Below are positions 17,688 through 29,219 of a stretch of DNA of 64,000 bases, piece after piece; the first letter of the stretch is position 1, and each line of letters begins with the position of its first letter. Under the pieces are notes generated by a model. That model was not told the DNA's origin and searched no databases. It was given only the letters and a program-made list of their open reading frames with translations. A program made the position numbers and the translations under genes. The DNA lies in the sequence record OR455461.1. One strand, given 5' to 3'.

Positions 17688-17701
17688 TAATATTTTTTTT
17701 T

Positions 17702-18964
17702 CTAAAAGATATCCATTTTATGAATATCTTTTTTTCTTCCTTGATTAATTAATTCATTAATCATATTAATCTTTCTCATATCTGCATATAATACAAGTGT
17801 ATGAACTACATTAGATTGTGGTTCTTTAACAATCAATTCGAAATTATCATAGTCAATATAAAATTCACTTTTATCCATAGATTTATTATTTCTAAATAAT
17901 TTGAATTCAATGATTTTTTCTATATTTCCTCCAAGTTTATTAATTTCTTTAATAGATTTTATTATGTTTTTATCCATTATAGACTCTATTGGAGTACTAT
18001 CAAATTTAACATTCATTTCAGTATTGAAATTTCTTTCAAGTAATAATTTCATTCCTCTATCATTCTCTTTAGGAATCATATCTTGTAATATTGCAATATC
18101 AAATTGTAATATATCTTCTCCAGGGTTTTCTATCTCTCTTTGAATATTAAAGTCTTCTTCAATTTCCAATATATAACTACCAGGTACCCATAATTCAGCA
18201 GATATTGCATATTTGACTGCACTTTGTTTATTTATTAAATTACTTATTTCATTTTCATAATTAACTAAATCTGGATAATTTAAAAGTATATTAGTTGTAA
18301 AATCATAAGTATATTTTTCTTTACCATTGGCTAGATTTTTTTTGTTAGTTATTGGACCTAATCCATTAGACATCATATAATCATTTAACTTAAGTCTATC
18401 ATCATTATTATTAATATCTAAATTTAATTTCTTACATATATTTACAATAAATATTTCTGGTAATTGTGTTGGTATTCTTATTTCATTTGCAAAATTATAA
18501 CCACCAGATTCAAAAGTTTGATTAATATGATTAAGGGTATTCCAAGCACCCATTTGTGTTTGTAATAATATACCATAATTAAATACTATTTTATATCTTT
18601 GAGGTACCATGAATATTCTTATACCTCTTGTATCATCTTCAAATATCATTCTATAATTTCTTTTTAAATTCTTCATTACAAATCTATCTGTTTTATGCCA
18701 CATTGGTAAACTAGACATAAAACCATCACCCAATTCAAATTGTGTAGTCATAGCTAAATGGGGATATCCCTTTTTTAGATTCTTCATATCTTTTAAAGAA
18801 TTTGAATTCAAAGCTGTACTTACATAAGTTGAAGCAAAAAAATTGCTAGGGAACATTGATTTAAAATAATTCCACATAAATGACTGTACACCACTTATAA
18901 CACTTGATAATGAAGGCGATGCAGTACACATTGAATAATTACTATTTTCTCCTAATTGAGGCAT
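17702..18964 (-). CDS. Virion structural protein, possibly tail terminator/completion
   Basis: VPQRYKIVFNYGILL..MGAWNTLNHINQTF loosely resembles T4 gp15/gp3-type pattern. Confidence 0.35.
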   Translation of the reverse strand: MPQLGENSNYSMCTASPSLSSVISGVQSFMWNYFKSMFPSNFFASTYVSTALNSNSLKDMKNLKKGYPHLAMTTQFELGDGFMSSLPMWHKTDRFVMKNLKRNYRMIFEDDTRGIRIFMVPQRYKIVFNYGILLQTQMGAWNTLNHINQTFESGGYNFANEIRIPTQLPEIFIVNICKKLNLDINNNDDRLKLNDYMMSNGLGPITNKKNLANGKEKYTYDFTTNILLNYPDLVNYENEISNLINKQSAVKYAISAELWVPGSYILEIEEDFNIQREIENPGEDILQFDIAILQDMIPKENDRGMKLLLERNFNTEMNVKFDSTPIESIMDKNIIKSIKEINKLGGNIEKIIEFKLFRNNKSMDKSEFYIDYDNFELIVKEPQSNVVHTLVLYADMRKINMINELINQGRKKDIHKMDIF

Positions 18965-19074
18965 ATATTTACCTACTTTCTATTATCATTATAATAATAA
19001 AAATGTTGAGTAATTTTTTAAAGTCCATTATTAACTTTTATTATATATTATTAAAAATAAAGGAGAAATTTAAA

Positions 19075-19494
19075 ATGACTGAAACAATTGAAAGAGTAAA
19101 AATTAAAAATAAAGATCTTAATAAGGTATATGAAATTCTTTTCAATATCCCATTAAATGGTAATAAATCTAGACATCGTACTAAATTTATTAATAATATT
19201 AAAGAAGCTCATGAAGAGTTTGCTAAAGATAGAGAAGAAATGATAAATGAATTTTCTAAAAAAGATAATGAAGGAAATTTAATTCAAGATCCTAATGATC
19301 CTAATAGTATTATTCTTAATACTCAAGAATTCCCAAACGCTAAAGAAGATATACTCGCTATTGATGTTGAATATGCGTATATTCCTGTAAAAGATAGAGA
19401 AATATTATTAAATATTATCGATGGAATGGAAACTCAATTATCAGGAGAAACTGCAATTATTATTGATAGTGTAGCAGAGCAGTTAGAAGATTAA
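19075..19494 (+). CDS. DUF1617-like protein (139 aa)
   Basis: Start moved to ATG 19075 (AAGGAG RBS); L..I.LNGNKSRHRTKF..EFSKKDNEG pattern seen beside tail genes of Gram-positive phages. Confidence 0.55.
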   Translation: MTETIERVKIKNKDLNKVYEILFNIPLNGNKSRHRTKFINNIKEAHEEFAKDREEMINEFSKKDNEGNLIQDPNDPNSIILNTQEFPNAKEDILAIDVEYAYIPVKDREILLNIIDGMETQLSGETAIIIDSVAEQLED

Positions 19495-19538
19495 TAAAAC
19501 ACATTAATATCAATAAGACGGAAGGATGGTGAAAAAAT

Positions 19539-22500
19539 TTGATTAGTATTCTTAATACTGATAGAAATAGAATTGAAAATAAAATAATATCAGACACTTT
19601 TGAAAATGTATTATCTTATGAAAAATTAGTGTATGATTTTAAAAATAAAACTGAAGTAATTAACTTAACTTTTAAAAATAAAAATTATATTCCATTAAAT
19701 TCATATATAACTGTATTAGATGAAAGTAAAAATGAATCAGAATTTGTATGTATTAAAGAAAATGATAAAGATTCAATTTTAATTCCTGCTTATACTAAAG
19801 ATTTGAATAATAAATTTACTTCTTCAACTCAAGAATTAAAAGGTTCATTGAAATCAATTATACAAACTTTACTACTTAACACAGGGTATAAAGTTGAATT
19901 TAATGATTTAGTTCAAGATGAAGAAATAATTGTTAAAGAAAGCAAAAAAACTATATATGAGAAATTATTAGATATTTTATTTGAAAAAGATTTATCTATT
20001 AGACATAAATATGATTTAGATAAAAATGAAAGAACTTTAATAATTAATAAAGGTAAAGATTTAAGAAAATCTAATCCTAAAGAAATTAATGGTAGAATTC
20101 CTGGATTTGAATTTAATATCGATAAGTCTAATATTAAAACTGCTTTAATTGTCTATGATAAAACGAGCAAAGAATCAATCACAGTTAGAGATTCTATTAA
20201 TCAAAAACGTTTCATTAAAAATAATGAATATATCTTTGATACTATTGAAGTAGAAAATAAATCTAAAGAAGAAATGGAAGATATTGCTAATTTAAAACTT
20301 AAAGAGAGTTCTTTAAATTCTATTGAGTTAAAATTAACTGGTTTAGTTTTAAGACAATGGACAAATTGTCATTATAATAAATTTATTTCTAGTCAAATTT
20401 TCATCGATTATAAAATAGTTTCTCCTGAACTTATTTCAGGATTTCAAATAAATAAATTAGAGAGAAGTTTATTTGATTATAATATAGAAAGATTTAATTT
20501 TTTTGCTAGTTATAAGTCTTCTAATGAAGTTAATTCACCTGAACTTATATCTAATTATCTTAATGAAGGTAATACAAATATTATAATTGACGAAAATTCT
20601 TATTCAGATAGTAACGATATGAAATTATTAGAAAATTTAATTAATAAGAAAATGGAATCTATTAAAGAATATATAGATAATATTACTAATAATTCAAATA
20701 GTGAAGGTTCAATAGGATTAGGTAATTTAAAATCTAATAAAGAACTCAATTTCGATGCCATTATTTCTGATTATAATATAATTAAATCTCAAAAAGATAC
20801 TGTTAATAATCAATTAAAATCAATATTTGATTCATCTTATCTTAAAGAAGATTCAATTAAAATTCAGGTTAGAGATAAAATTAAAGAAATTGATAATGGT
20901 TTTGAGAACCTTAAGTCTAGTGTGAATACTCTTAATAGAGCTGATCAAGATGAAGAGTTAATGAAAAACATTAATAAAGATTTTATAAGCTTTTATAATA
21001 TCATAAAATCTACTAAAAATATTATCGAAATTTCTAATGAAGCAATTAATTTAGAAATGAATAAACTTCAAAATGAATATTCTCATGGTATTAAAGATAC
21101 TGTATTTAATGAAATTGCTAGAGTTTTAGGTTTAAGTTACGATAGTAAAACTCAAGTTCTTAAAGGTAATATTAATTTAATGTCAGATATAAATGATATT
21201 AGAAATTCAATGGACTTAATGAGAGATAAAGTAAGTAGAATTGAAAATGATCTAAGTGATTCAGGAGTTGTTTTAAGAGGTCAATTAGATAATCTTAAAG
21301 AAAATATAGCTAATGTATTAGGTTTACCTTTAAATTCTGAATCTGGTATGATTGATGGGTCTATTGACAATCAAGATTTAATAGATAAAATTAAACAACA
21401 AATTTCTGATGTAAAAGATAATATTGAAACTTCTAAAAATAATTTAATTGAAGTTAAAAAAGATTTAGAAACTCAACAAGATGAATTACAACAAAAATCA
21501 TTAGATATAGATTCTGTAATGGCAGAAGCTAACTTAGTTAGAGAAGAATTAACTCAAGAATTGGAAACTTCTCAAAAAGAATTTGATTACTATATGGATT
21601 CTCGTGGAGACAATTTAATATTCAATGGTAATGCGGATCAAGGTGATGAATCTAATTTCCCTGGTATGTATTATGATCGTAGTGATGCATTCCAGTCAGC
21701 CGCTTCTTTTAGAATGGATGGATTTAATACAACTACTCAAACAGAACGATTAATTCCAGTTAATCCAGAAAAAACTTATAAGCTTTCAATGTTCTTAAAG
21801 AATAATAATTCATTACCTTCTTCAATAGGTCATTTAAGTTATGATAAAGATGGACAATTAATTGAATCTCAACATGTAATGGGTTCTGAAAAACCAGTTA
21901 TAACTTTAGCACAAGAATTAAGACAAGGAGATAAAGTTATATATTTCAATAGTCTAGATGGTCTTGATGATACTTATAGATTCCAATCAGCATCTTTAGA
22001 TGAAGAAGATGACACACCTAATTATGATTATGATAGAGACGGTTCTGTAGAGATAACTCAAAATGATGATATGTTGTCTATAGACGATCCAAATGCTGTT
22101 CCAGATCCTGAAGAAGAAAATATTTTATATGCTGAAGATACATCTGTAGTTTCTCCGGAAGATGCTACCGACCCTGAAGATATAGATATCCCTATGAGCG
22201 AATCTGATACCCCTACAGAAACAAACTCAGAAGTTGTTGACGAAGATGAAGCAATTAAAAATATGTCAAATAATTATAACATATCTAACGCAGGGATAGT
22301 TAATAGAAATATTAATCCTAATTTAATTGATTATAATGATAATCATTCATTAGTTATTTGGGATTTTAGAAGTAATGACGGTTATAGATATGGAGAATCT
22401 ACTTATTCTAGAAACGTATTTATGAATGCTTGGGATTATGGAGCTATTGATAGAGAAAATAACTGTATTTATCTTAATAGACCTTTTGATTTAATTAACT

Positions 22501-25500
22501 ATGATTCTGAAGATGGAGCATTTCCTGCTGGTACTAAAGTATCTGGTACATTTACTGATGATAATGTACAATGGTCTTTAATTAAAGACGAAGATGTTCC
22601 TAATGAAGATAAAGATGATGATCCAGAAGAATTTAATGGTTGGTACCATAGACAAGCATTAATAACTAAAGAAAATATTAGAGGTACTAATGGATTCTTA
22701 TACGGTACATTCTATACTACGTTATTCTTTAAAGTAAACCAATCTGAAGATTCTGATATAGTTGAATTTGAAGATGGATCTGATGAACCTAAATTCTGGA
22801 TAACTAATTTAGAAATGTATGATGTTACTGGATTAGAATCTGTTAGAAAAACTGTAATAGATACTAATGAATTAGTAGCTACTATGATGACTAAAAAAGA
22901 AATGGATGATTACCGTAAGCAAGTTATAGAAGGTTTCTCTGAAGTTAGTCAAACAGTAGATATGATTCGTCAAGAAGTAACTAAAAAGATTAATGATCTT
23001 GATGATAAAGTTATTAATGAAGTTACTTCTCGCATAGAAACTATAGCAGGACAAATAGACTTAGTTTCTGAAGCTCAAAGGGTAGATAAAGAAGAAGTAG
23101 ATAAACAACTAGGTGAACTTAAAATAGAAACTGATAAGATTTCATCTATAGTTCAAAGAGTAACTTCCACTGAAAGTAGTTTTAGTGATTTATCAACTAA
23201 AGTTGATCAACTTAATGATAGTTATTCAATCACCGCTGAGAAAGTTACCAAACAAGGTGAAAATATAACAGATCTTACAGGTCAATTAACAGTAGCTAAT
23301 GATGCTATTTCACAAGAAGTCCAAGATAGAAAATCTGCAATTAATGATACTACTGAAACTTTAACTGGTAAAATAACAACCACTGCAGATTCTATTAGAC
23401 AAGAAGTATCTAAAGATTATGCAACTAAAAGTAGTGTTAATGAAACAGTTTCATCTTTAAACACTTCAATAACTGCAGAAATTGGTAGAATTGATCAACG
23501 TGTTACTTCTGAAACTAGTACTGAATCTATTTCTGGTAAAGTTAAAATTGGTGCCAAAAATATGATTGCTGGAACAGAAAAATTTGATTTACCTTTCTTA
23601 GCTAGTATTACTAAAAAAGATAATAATGGTATTACTTATGCTAATACCAAAACAAATTTAGCTGAAGTTTCCCAAATAGTTGCAGTTAAACCTAATACAA
23701 ATTATGTATTGAGTTATGATGCTTATTCAGCAGCTGCATCTCCAGTAATTAAAACACCTATTACGAAAGCTTCAACATTAACTACTGAAGTTTCTCCTAA
23801 AGACTATTTAATTACTTTAACTGAAAGTGCTAAAACATTAACTACTACACCTACTAGATATGAATTGAAATTTAACTCTAAAACTAATAATTTCCTTAAA
23901 ATTCAGTTCACTGCGGATAATACAACCAAGGATACTTATGTAGGTCATATTCAATTAGAAGAAGGTAATGTAGCATCTACATGGGATATTTCTCCAGAAG
24001 ATTATAAGAGTAGATTTGCTAAGAATGAAACTCGTATAACTCAAACTGAGAAGGATATTACACTTAATGCTTCTTCTATTACACAATTAGATACTAAAAC
24101 TACTAACCAATATAGTGAATTAAAAGTAGAAACTGATAAGATCACTTCCATTGTTAGTAAGCAAGACGAAATGGATGGTAAAATTGCATCTAATACTTCT
24201 AGCATTCAACAGTTACCAGGTCAAATAACATCACAAGTTTCTGCTGTTGAAAGTAGAGTTAATGAGAATATTAATAATATACAAGTCGGTGCTAGAAATT
24301 TATTAGAGGATAGTAGGTCTTATAATAAAGGAATTAATGATAATTCGAATAACACTTACACGCAATTATGGTATATCAATATCAATTCAATTAAAGATAA
24401 AGTCTCTCTAGATGATAATCTTACGATTTCATTTGATTTACAGATGCAAAAAGGACTATATTTTAGTATATATGATACTCAAAAACATGGAACGATTCAA
24501 TTTGGTAAAGTCACTAAAACTAATTTAGGAACTAATAAATTTAGATATTCTGCAACTATGAAATTAACTTCCGCTACTAAAAATAGTGATGATTGGTATA
24601 TTTATGCATATAATAATAATGCTACTGATGATAAATTTACTATTGAAAATATTAAGATAGAAAAAGGTAATAAAGCTACTGACTGGTCTCCAGCTCCTGA
24701 AGATATTAATTCACAAATCAATAATATACAAGTAGGGTCTAGAAATTTATTAAAAGATTCTAAAATAAATAAAACTACTAGTATTTATGAAATTAATGAT
24801 TTCTATCTAACAGAAAATATAGAAGAAGGAACCGAAGTCACATTCACTATGAAAGCTGATTTAGGTTCAGATAGAAAATACTTTTCTTTGTATAATTCCG
24901 GTGGTTTGGTTATGCAACAAGTTAATTTATATCCTTCTGATAAAAATAGTAGAGGTATATTCTCTAGAACATTTAAATGGAAAAAAACGAGAGATGGTGG
25001 GACTGTTGCATCCAATACTTTCTTAAGAGTATATCATATGGAAAAAACAAATACGAGTAATTCTACTATTTATTGGGCTAAACTTGAATATGGAAATAAA
25101 TCCACTGACTGGACTCCAGCACCAGAAGATATTGATAATAAAATAGATAATAGTGTAACTTCATTAACTACTTCTATCAATCAATTACCAGATCAAATAT
25201 TATTAGAAGCTAAGAAAACCACTATAACTGAAATTGGTAAAATTGAGGTTGGTGGTAGAAATTTATTAAATGATAGTAAACCATCTTCAAGTTCTTATTG
25301 GAGATTTACTGAATCTAGTAAAAGTAGTGATAATATTAATCATACTCAAATTAATGGTGAGTTACCTATTGTAAATAAACAGAATTCATGGAAACAGTGG
25401 CAAATATATAGTAATGATAAATTTAGTGATAAATATGTAGATAATTTGAATAAATTAGATGCCGGTTCCTTATATACACTATCAGTAGATATTAAAAAAA

Positions 25501-28169
25501 TAGACATTAATTCTACAGGTAATGCCCAAATAATGATTAGATTTGACTCTCCATCAGGAGCAACTAATAAACTTAGTAGAGATATAGATATAGAAAGTGA
25601 ATTAACTAGTAGCTGGAAGAGATTTTCCATAACTGATACAATAACATCTGAAGATTTAGCATCAAATACACTTGTAAGAATTATATTATCATATGCAGGT
25701 GGTAGTAAAACTAATAATGGTTCTATTTCTTTTAAAAATGTTAAATTAGAAAAAGGTAATAAAGCTACTGACTGGACACCGTCTACAGAAGATATAGAGA
25801 CTTCCATATCAACTGTATCATCTAAAATAGATCAACGAGCTGATTCAATTGAATTAAGCGTAAATAAAATTAATGATACGCTTAATGCAGACAATATATT
25901 AATAAATTCAGACTTGAGTAATGGATGGGAAGGCTGGACTCAAAGTGATACAGCTACTTCTAAAAGCTTAAATTACGTTGAAGAAGTGTCTAATGCATAT
26001 TGGATCTTTACTAATTCTGGAACTGAAGTTGCTGTTACTAATAAAGATCTTAAAGATCAAGATTATTTATCCTTAACTTCAAAATCAGAAGGTTGGAAAC
26101 AATGGCAAGTATCAGACATAGATTATAAAGATGGTAATGGTAGTCCTAAGATGTCTAAAATAACTGCTGGAACATATACAATGAGTATGCAAGTTAGAAA
26201 AGATGCTGGAAGTACTGGTATACTTAAACCTTTTATCAGAATTAATAAAGGATCTTCAACTACTGATCCATTAGTTTATGAAATGGATGTAGATAGTACT
26301 TTAGATACTGAATGGAAATGGATTACTGCTAAAGCTACAATAACTGCAGCTCAATTAACTGATAAAACACAAATTCGTTTTATTATAGTATATCAAGGTT
26401 CAGGAACAGGAACCGTTTATGCTAGAAATATTCGTCTAGATAAAGCGGACAATCCACAACCACCTAGATTTAGTATCCCTGAAGACAATGACTTCTCTAT
26501 AAATACAGATGGTAATATGGCAATTTCACCTAGATATAGAGACGATTTTATATCTAGAGGAGTTTATAAACGTACAGTAATTAATCTATCAAAACCTTTT
26601 GTAAAAGGTAAAACTTATAAATTTGCTTTTGATTATAGTATATTAACAGGAAGTAATTCTGCTAGTAAAATATCAATATTTCCTTATAGATATCCTTGGG
26701 GTGGAAATTTCCCAAATGAAGCTAGCTCTGCTAATAGAGTTGATTATTCTGTTAATATTAATTCTAGAAATATTATTGAATTTACTGTTAATGAAGAAGG
26801 ATGTAATCAATTATTATTATATGGTGCACCTGCTGGAAGCTCAGATAACTCAGGAATTAATGCATTATTCGAAAATATTAAACTGGTTGAAAAAGTTGAT
26901 GGAAATGAAGATATGACATTTAATCCAAGTGCTGTTAAAAGTGTTTTTAGATATAAGCATAATAACTTCGGCTCAAGTTGGCCTTCCATAATATCTAACT
27001 ATATATCTATTGGTAGAGGTAGTGACTTTAGTGTAGGTGATGAAATTACAATGTCAGCTTATATTTATGTACCTTCAAGTGCTAAATATAAAATGAAAGG
27101 TTCAATATATTTTGAAACTGCCACATATGAAAATGTAAATCAAAATGGAAATCCTATGTTTGGTAGGTATTCTTCTACTCAAAATCCTATACAATATGAT
27201 ACTTGGGTAAGATACAGTTTTACTGCAAAAATTCCTAGAACATCATCCAATGGTATTACTAACTATGTAAGAGTTCTATTAAGATATAATAATGGAACTG
27301 TGAGTAATGATGTTGATGATGATAATGTGTTTTATTATGCTTTACCTAAATTGGAGAAAGGTAATAAAACAGTAACACAATGGACTCCATCTACTTTAGA
27401 TAGATTTAGTACAGAATCAATGTCAAGTAAAATTGCAATGAATAGTGAAGCAATTAAAATGATTTCTAGAAATATTGATTTAAATACAGATAAAGTTAGA
27501 ATTTATAATGATAAAGGTAACTTAAGTTTCACTAATGATGTTCTGAGAATATCTAAAACTGCGTTAGATGCAGATAATTATGTAGAGATAAATTCAGCTG
27601 GATTAAACATTAGAAAAAATGGCGTAGACACTATGGTCGATGGAATGTTTAAAGGTGAGACTAACGTTCAAGCTACATTTCCTTCAGTAAGAAGTGCAAA
27701 CCCTCCAGGTTCAGGTTCATATGACGGTCTTTACCATATAGCAGAAGATCATGTTACTGGTGCATATTATATAGATGCAGCAATGTATAAATATAGTGCC
27801 GATAAAAAATATCTAGTTGAGAATGGTGGATCTCAGAATGCATTAGCTGGAACATATTCTTACTTTCATGATAAGAGATATTTAGTTGTAAGTTTAAGTT
27901 ATACTACTACTAAAAATGCAAACTTACACGTAACTGTTGCTGCAGGTGTTGGTTGGAAAACAGATTCAAAAACTGATCTACACTTTGATAAAAAATATAC
28001 AACTTCAAGCAATGGAGTCATTGTTGAATATATAGATATAGGAAAACCTACAAATATGTATAGAACACTAGTTATTGAATTAGGTGTAACAGGGACTACT
28101 ACTAAGGGTGAAGGCGGTTTCGTTCAATTTAAGAGACTTGCACTTAGCAATTTCAATTCAATATCATAA
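19539..28169 (+). CDS. Giant tail / receptor-binding protein (2876 aa) with coiled coils and repeated carbohydrate-binding modules
   Basis: Repeated GxRNLL...LEKGNKATDW(T/S)PAPED modules; heptad regions; AACA-N6-TA at 19498-19509. Confidence 0.85.
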   Translation: MISILNTDRNRIENKIISDTFENVLSYEKLVYDFKNKTEVINLTFKNKNYIPLNSYITVLDESKNESEFVCIKENDKDSILIPAYTKDLNNKFTSSTQELKGSLKSIIQTLLLNTGYKVEFNDLVQDEEIIVKESKKTIYEKLLDILFEKDLSIRHKYDLDKNERTLIINKGKDLRKSNPKEINGRIPGFEFNIDKSNIKTALIVYDKTSKESITVRDSINQKRFIKNNEYIFDTIEVENKSKEEMEDIANLKLKESSLNSIELKLTGLVLRQWTNCHYNKFISSQIFIDYKIVSPELISGFQINKLERSLFDYNIERFNFFASYKSSNEVNSPELISNYLNEGNTNIIIDENSYSDSNDMKLLENLINKKMESIKEYIDNITNNSNSEGSIGLGNLKSNKELNFDAIISDYNIIKSQKDTVNNQLKSIFDSSYLKEDSIKIQVRDKIKEIDNGFENLKSSVNTLNRADQDEELMKNINKDFISFYNIIKSTKNIIEISNEAINLEMNKLQNEYSHGIKDTVFNEIARVLGLSYDSKTQVLKGNINLMSDINDIRNSMDLMRDKVSRIENDLSDSGVVLRGQLDNLKENIANVLGLPLNSESGMIDGSIDNQDLIDKIKQQISDVKDNIETSKNNLIEVKKDLETQQDELQQKSLDIDSVMAEANLVREELTQELETSQKEFDYYMDSRGDNLIFNGNADQGDESNFPGMYYDRSDAFQSAASFRMDGFNTTTQTERLIPVNPEKTYKLSMFLKNNNSLPSSIGHLSYDKDGQLIESQHVMGSEKPVITLAQELRQGDKVIYFNSLDGLDDTYRFQSASLDEEDDTPNYDYDRDGSVEITQNDDMLSIDDPNAVPDPEEENILYAEDTSVVSPEDATDPEDIDIPMSESDTPTETNSEVVDEDEAIKNMSNNYNISNAGIVNRNINPNLIDYNDNHSLVIWDFRSNDGYRYGESTYSRNVFMNAWDYGAIDRENNCIYLNRPFDLINYDSEDGAFPAGTKVSGTFTDDNVQWSLIKDEDVPNEDKDDDPEEFNGWYHRQALITKENIRGTNGFLYGTFYTTLFFKVNQSEDSDIVEFEDGSDEPKFWITNLEMYDVTGLESVRKTVIDTNELVATMMTKKEMDDYRKQVIEGFSEVSQTVDMIRQEVTKKINDLDDKVINEVTSRIETIAGQIDLVSEAQRVDKEEVDKQLGELKIETDKISSIVQRVTSTESSFSDLSTKVDQLNDSYSITAEKVTKQGENITDLTGQLTVANDAISQEVQDRKSAINDTTETLTGKITTTADSIRQEVSKDYATKSSVNETVSSLNTSITAEIGRIDQRVTSETSTESISGKVKIGAKNMIAGTEKFDLPFLASITKKDNNGITYANTKTNLAEVSQIVAVKPNTNYVLSYDAYSAAASPVIKTPITKASTLTTEVSPKDYLITLTESAKTLTTTPTRYELKFNSKTNNFLKIQFTADNTTKDTYVGHIQLEEGNVASTWDISPEDYKSRFAKNETRITQTEKDITLNASSITQLDTKTTNQYSELKVETDKITSIVSKQDEMDGKIASNTSSIQQLPGQITSQVSAVESRVNENINNIQVGARNLLEDSRSYNKGINDNSNNTYTQLWYININSIKDKVSLDDNLTISFDLQMQKGLYFSIYDTQKHGTIQFGKVTKTNLGTNKFRYSATMKLTSATKNSDDWYIYAYNNNATDDKFTIENIKIEKGNKATDWSPAPEDINSQINNIQVGSRNLLKDSKINKTTSIYEINDFYLTENIEEGTEVTFTMKADLGSDRKYFSLYNSGGLVMQQVNLYPSDKNSRGIFSRTFKWKKTRDGGTVASNTFLRVYHMEKTNTSNSTIYWAKLEYGNKSTDWTPAPEDIDNKIDNSVTSLTTSINQLPDQILLEAKKTTITEIGKIEVGGRNLLNDSKPSSSSYWRFTESSKSSDNINHTQINGELPIVNKQNSWKQWQIYSNDKFSDKYVDNLNKLDAGSLYTLSVDIKKIDINSTGNAQIMIRFDSPSGATNKLSRDIDIESELTSSWKRFSITDTITSEDLASNTLVRIILSYAGGSKTNNGSISFKNVKLEKGNKATDWTPSTEDIETSISTVSSKIDQRADSIELSVNKINDTLNADNILINSDLSNGWEGWTQSDTATSKSLNYVEEVSNAYWIFTNSGTEVAVTNKDLKDQDYLSLTSKSEGWKQWQVSDIDYKDGNGSPKMSKITAGTYTMSMQVRKDAGSTGILKPFIRINKGSSTTDPLVYEMDVDSTLDTEWKWITAKATITAAQLTDKTQIRFIIVYQGSGTGTVYARNIRLDKADNPQPPRFSIPEDNDFSINTDGNMAISPRYRDDFISRGVYKRTVINLSKPFVKGKTYKFAFDYSILTGSNSASKISIFPYRYPWGGNFPNEASSANRVDYSVNINSRNIIEFTVNEEGCNQLLLYGAPAGSSDNSGINALFENIKLVEKVDGNEDMTFNPSAVKSVFRYKHNNFGSSWPSIISNYISIGRGSDFSVGDEITMSAYIYVPSSAKYKMKGSIYFETATYENVNQNGNPMFGRYSSTQNPIQYDTWVRYSFTAKIPRTSSNGITNYVRVLLRYNNGTVSNDVDDDNVFYYALPKLEKGNKTVTQWTPSTLDRFSTESMSSKIAMNSEAIKMISRNIDLNTDKVRIYNDKGNLSFTNDVLRISKTALDADNYVEINSAGLNIRKNGVDTMVDGMFKGETNVQATFPSVRSANPPGSGSYDGLYHIAEDHVTGAYYIDAAMYKYSADKKYLVENGGSQNALAGTYSYFHDKRYLVVSLSYTTTKNANLHVTVAAGVGWKTDSKTDLHFDKKYTTSSNGVIVEYIDIGKPTNMYRTLVIELGVTGTTTKGEGGFVQFKRLALSNFNSIS

Positions 28170-28219
28170 AAATATTTAAACATTCTCTTATAATATAAAA
28201 TGAAGGAGAATGTTTAAAT

Positions 28220-28582
28220 ATGATAAAATCAAATGGTGTTGTTCCTGTTTTTGATACAAAATATGATACGACTGGAAATTTAATTTCAGGAAGATTGTCT
28301 CTTGTTATTGATACCGATCAAATAAAGTCGAATGGTGAATTTAATGAATATAAAGCAGGTCAAGTATTTTCTTCTGGTCCTTCTATAGTATTTATCATAG
28401 ATATGAATACTTATAATCAAGTTGAAAAATTAAAAATTGCTTTTATAGATGGATTACCTAATCTGCTTGTAAAAGATGGAGAAGAATTTGAAGAAATTGA
28501 AGATCAAGAAACTCCTGAAGAAAAAGAAATTCGTGAACTTCAAGAGAAATTAGCTGCATTAATGGCTAGTAGAAGTAAATAG
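28220..28582 (+). CDS. Small protein downstream of tail fibre (possible assembly chaperone)
   Basis: Position; weak similarity to 35294 protein (YDTTGNLI vs VDKEGNII); promoter AACATTCTCTTA 28179-28190. Confidence 0.45.
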   Translation: MIKSNGVVPVFDTKYDTTGNLISGRLSLVIDTDQIKSNGEFNEYKAGQVFSSGPSIVFIIDMNTYNQVEKLKIAFIDGLPNLLVKDGEEFEEIEDQETPEEKEIRELQEKLAALMASRSK

Positions 28583-28597
28583 GAGGAATTTTAGATT

Positions 28598-29035
28598 ATG
28601 GAAATTAATAAAAAATCTTTTATAGTAACATTTCATGCATCTTTAGTTGCTAAAGGTGTATTGGAATTAGAAGAAGTATCTGTAAATAACAATTTACAAG
28701 GATTGGTTGAAGAAGTTTTAAATGAAGTTGGTTTTGGAGAAAAAGAAAATAATGATGGTGTGGATACATCTTCATTCCAATCTACAGATACAGTATTACC
28801 AAAATCTCTACCTAAATCTTTACCAGATTATGAATATTCAGATGCGGAACCAGTTCCTTCAAAACCTGAAAATACACCTGTTGAAGCTGAGATCGATCCG
28901 ATTGATGAAGAACATCGTGTAGAAGGTTTTAATGAAGATTCAGAAGTTCAAGGTATTGGTAGAGCTACTGAAGTTGAACCTCAAGAAGATTCTGAAAATG
29001 AAAATTCTGCTCGTGGAGGAATTTTACCTCAATAA
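28598..29035 (+). CDS. Acidic hypothetical protein
   Basis: AGGAGG RBS, E/P-rich. Confidence 0.65.
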   Translation: MEINKKSFIVTFHASLVAKGVLELEEVSVNNNLQGLVEEVLNEVGFGEKENNDGVDTSSFQSTDTVLPKSLPKSLPDYEYSDAEPVPSKPENTPVEAEIDPIDEEHRVEGFNEDSEVQGIGRATEVEPQEDSENENSARGGILPQ

Positions 29036-29190
29036 TAGAGTTCATTAAGTTAATAAAAATAGAACAAAAATATATGAAAGTTACTTACATAGTATTTAGC
29101 TTTCATACTAACTTTTTCTTTGTTCTTTTCTGAGTTGACTCTATAAAGCTTTATTCTTTTTCTATTAATTTTTGGCAAAGTCTTCAAAAT

Positions 29191-29219
29191 GTCCTAACAA
29201 TCTCAATGATTGTTAGGAC
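29191..29219 (+). terminator. Terminator upstream of lysis cassette
   Basis: GTCCTAACAATC/GATTGTTAGGAC stem plus TATTTATTT. Confidence 0.7.

Noticed and set aside
18904-19074. N-terminal extension of the 196-aa ORF
   Set aside because: It overlaps a divergent gene and its spacer; a strong RBS marks ATG 19075.
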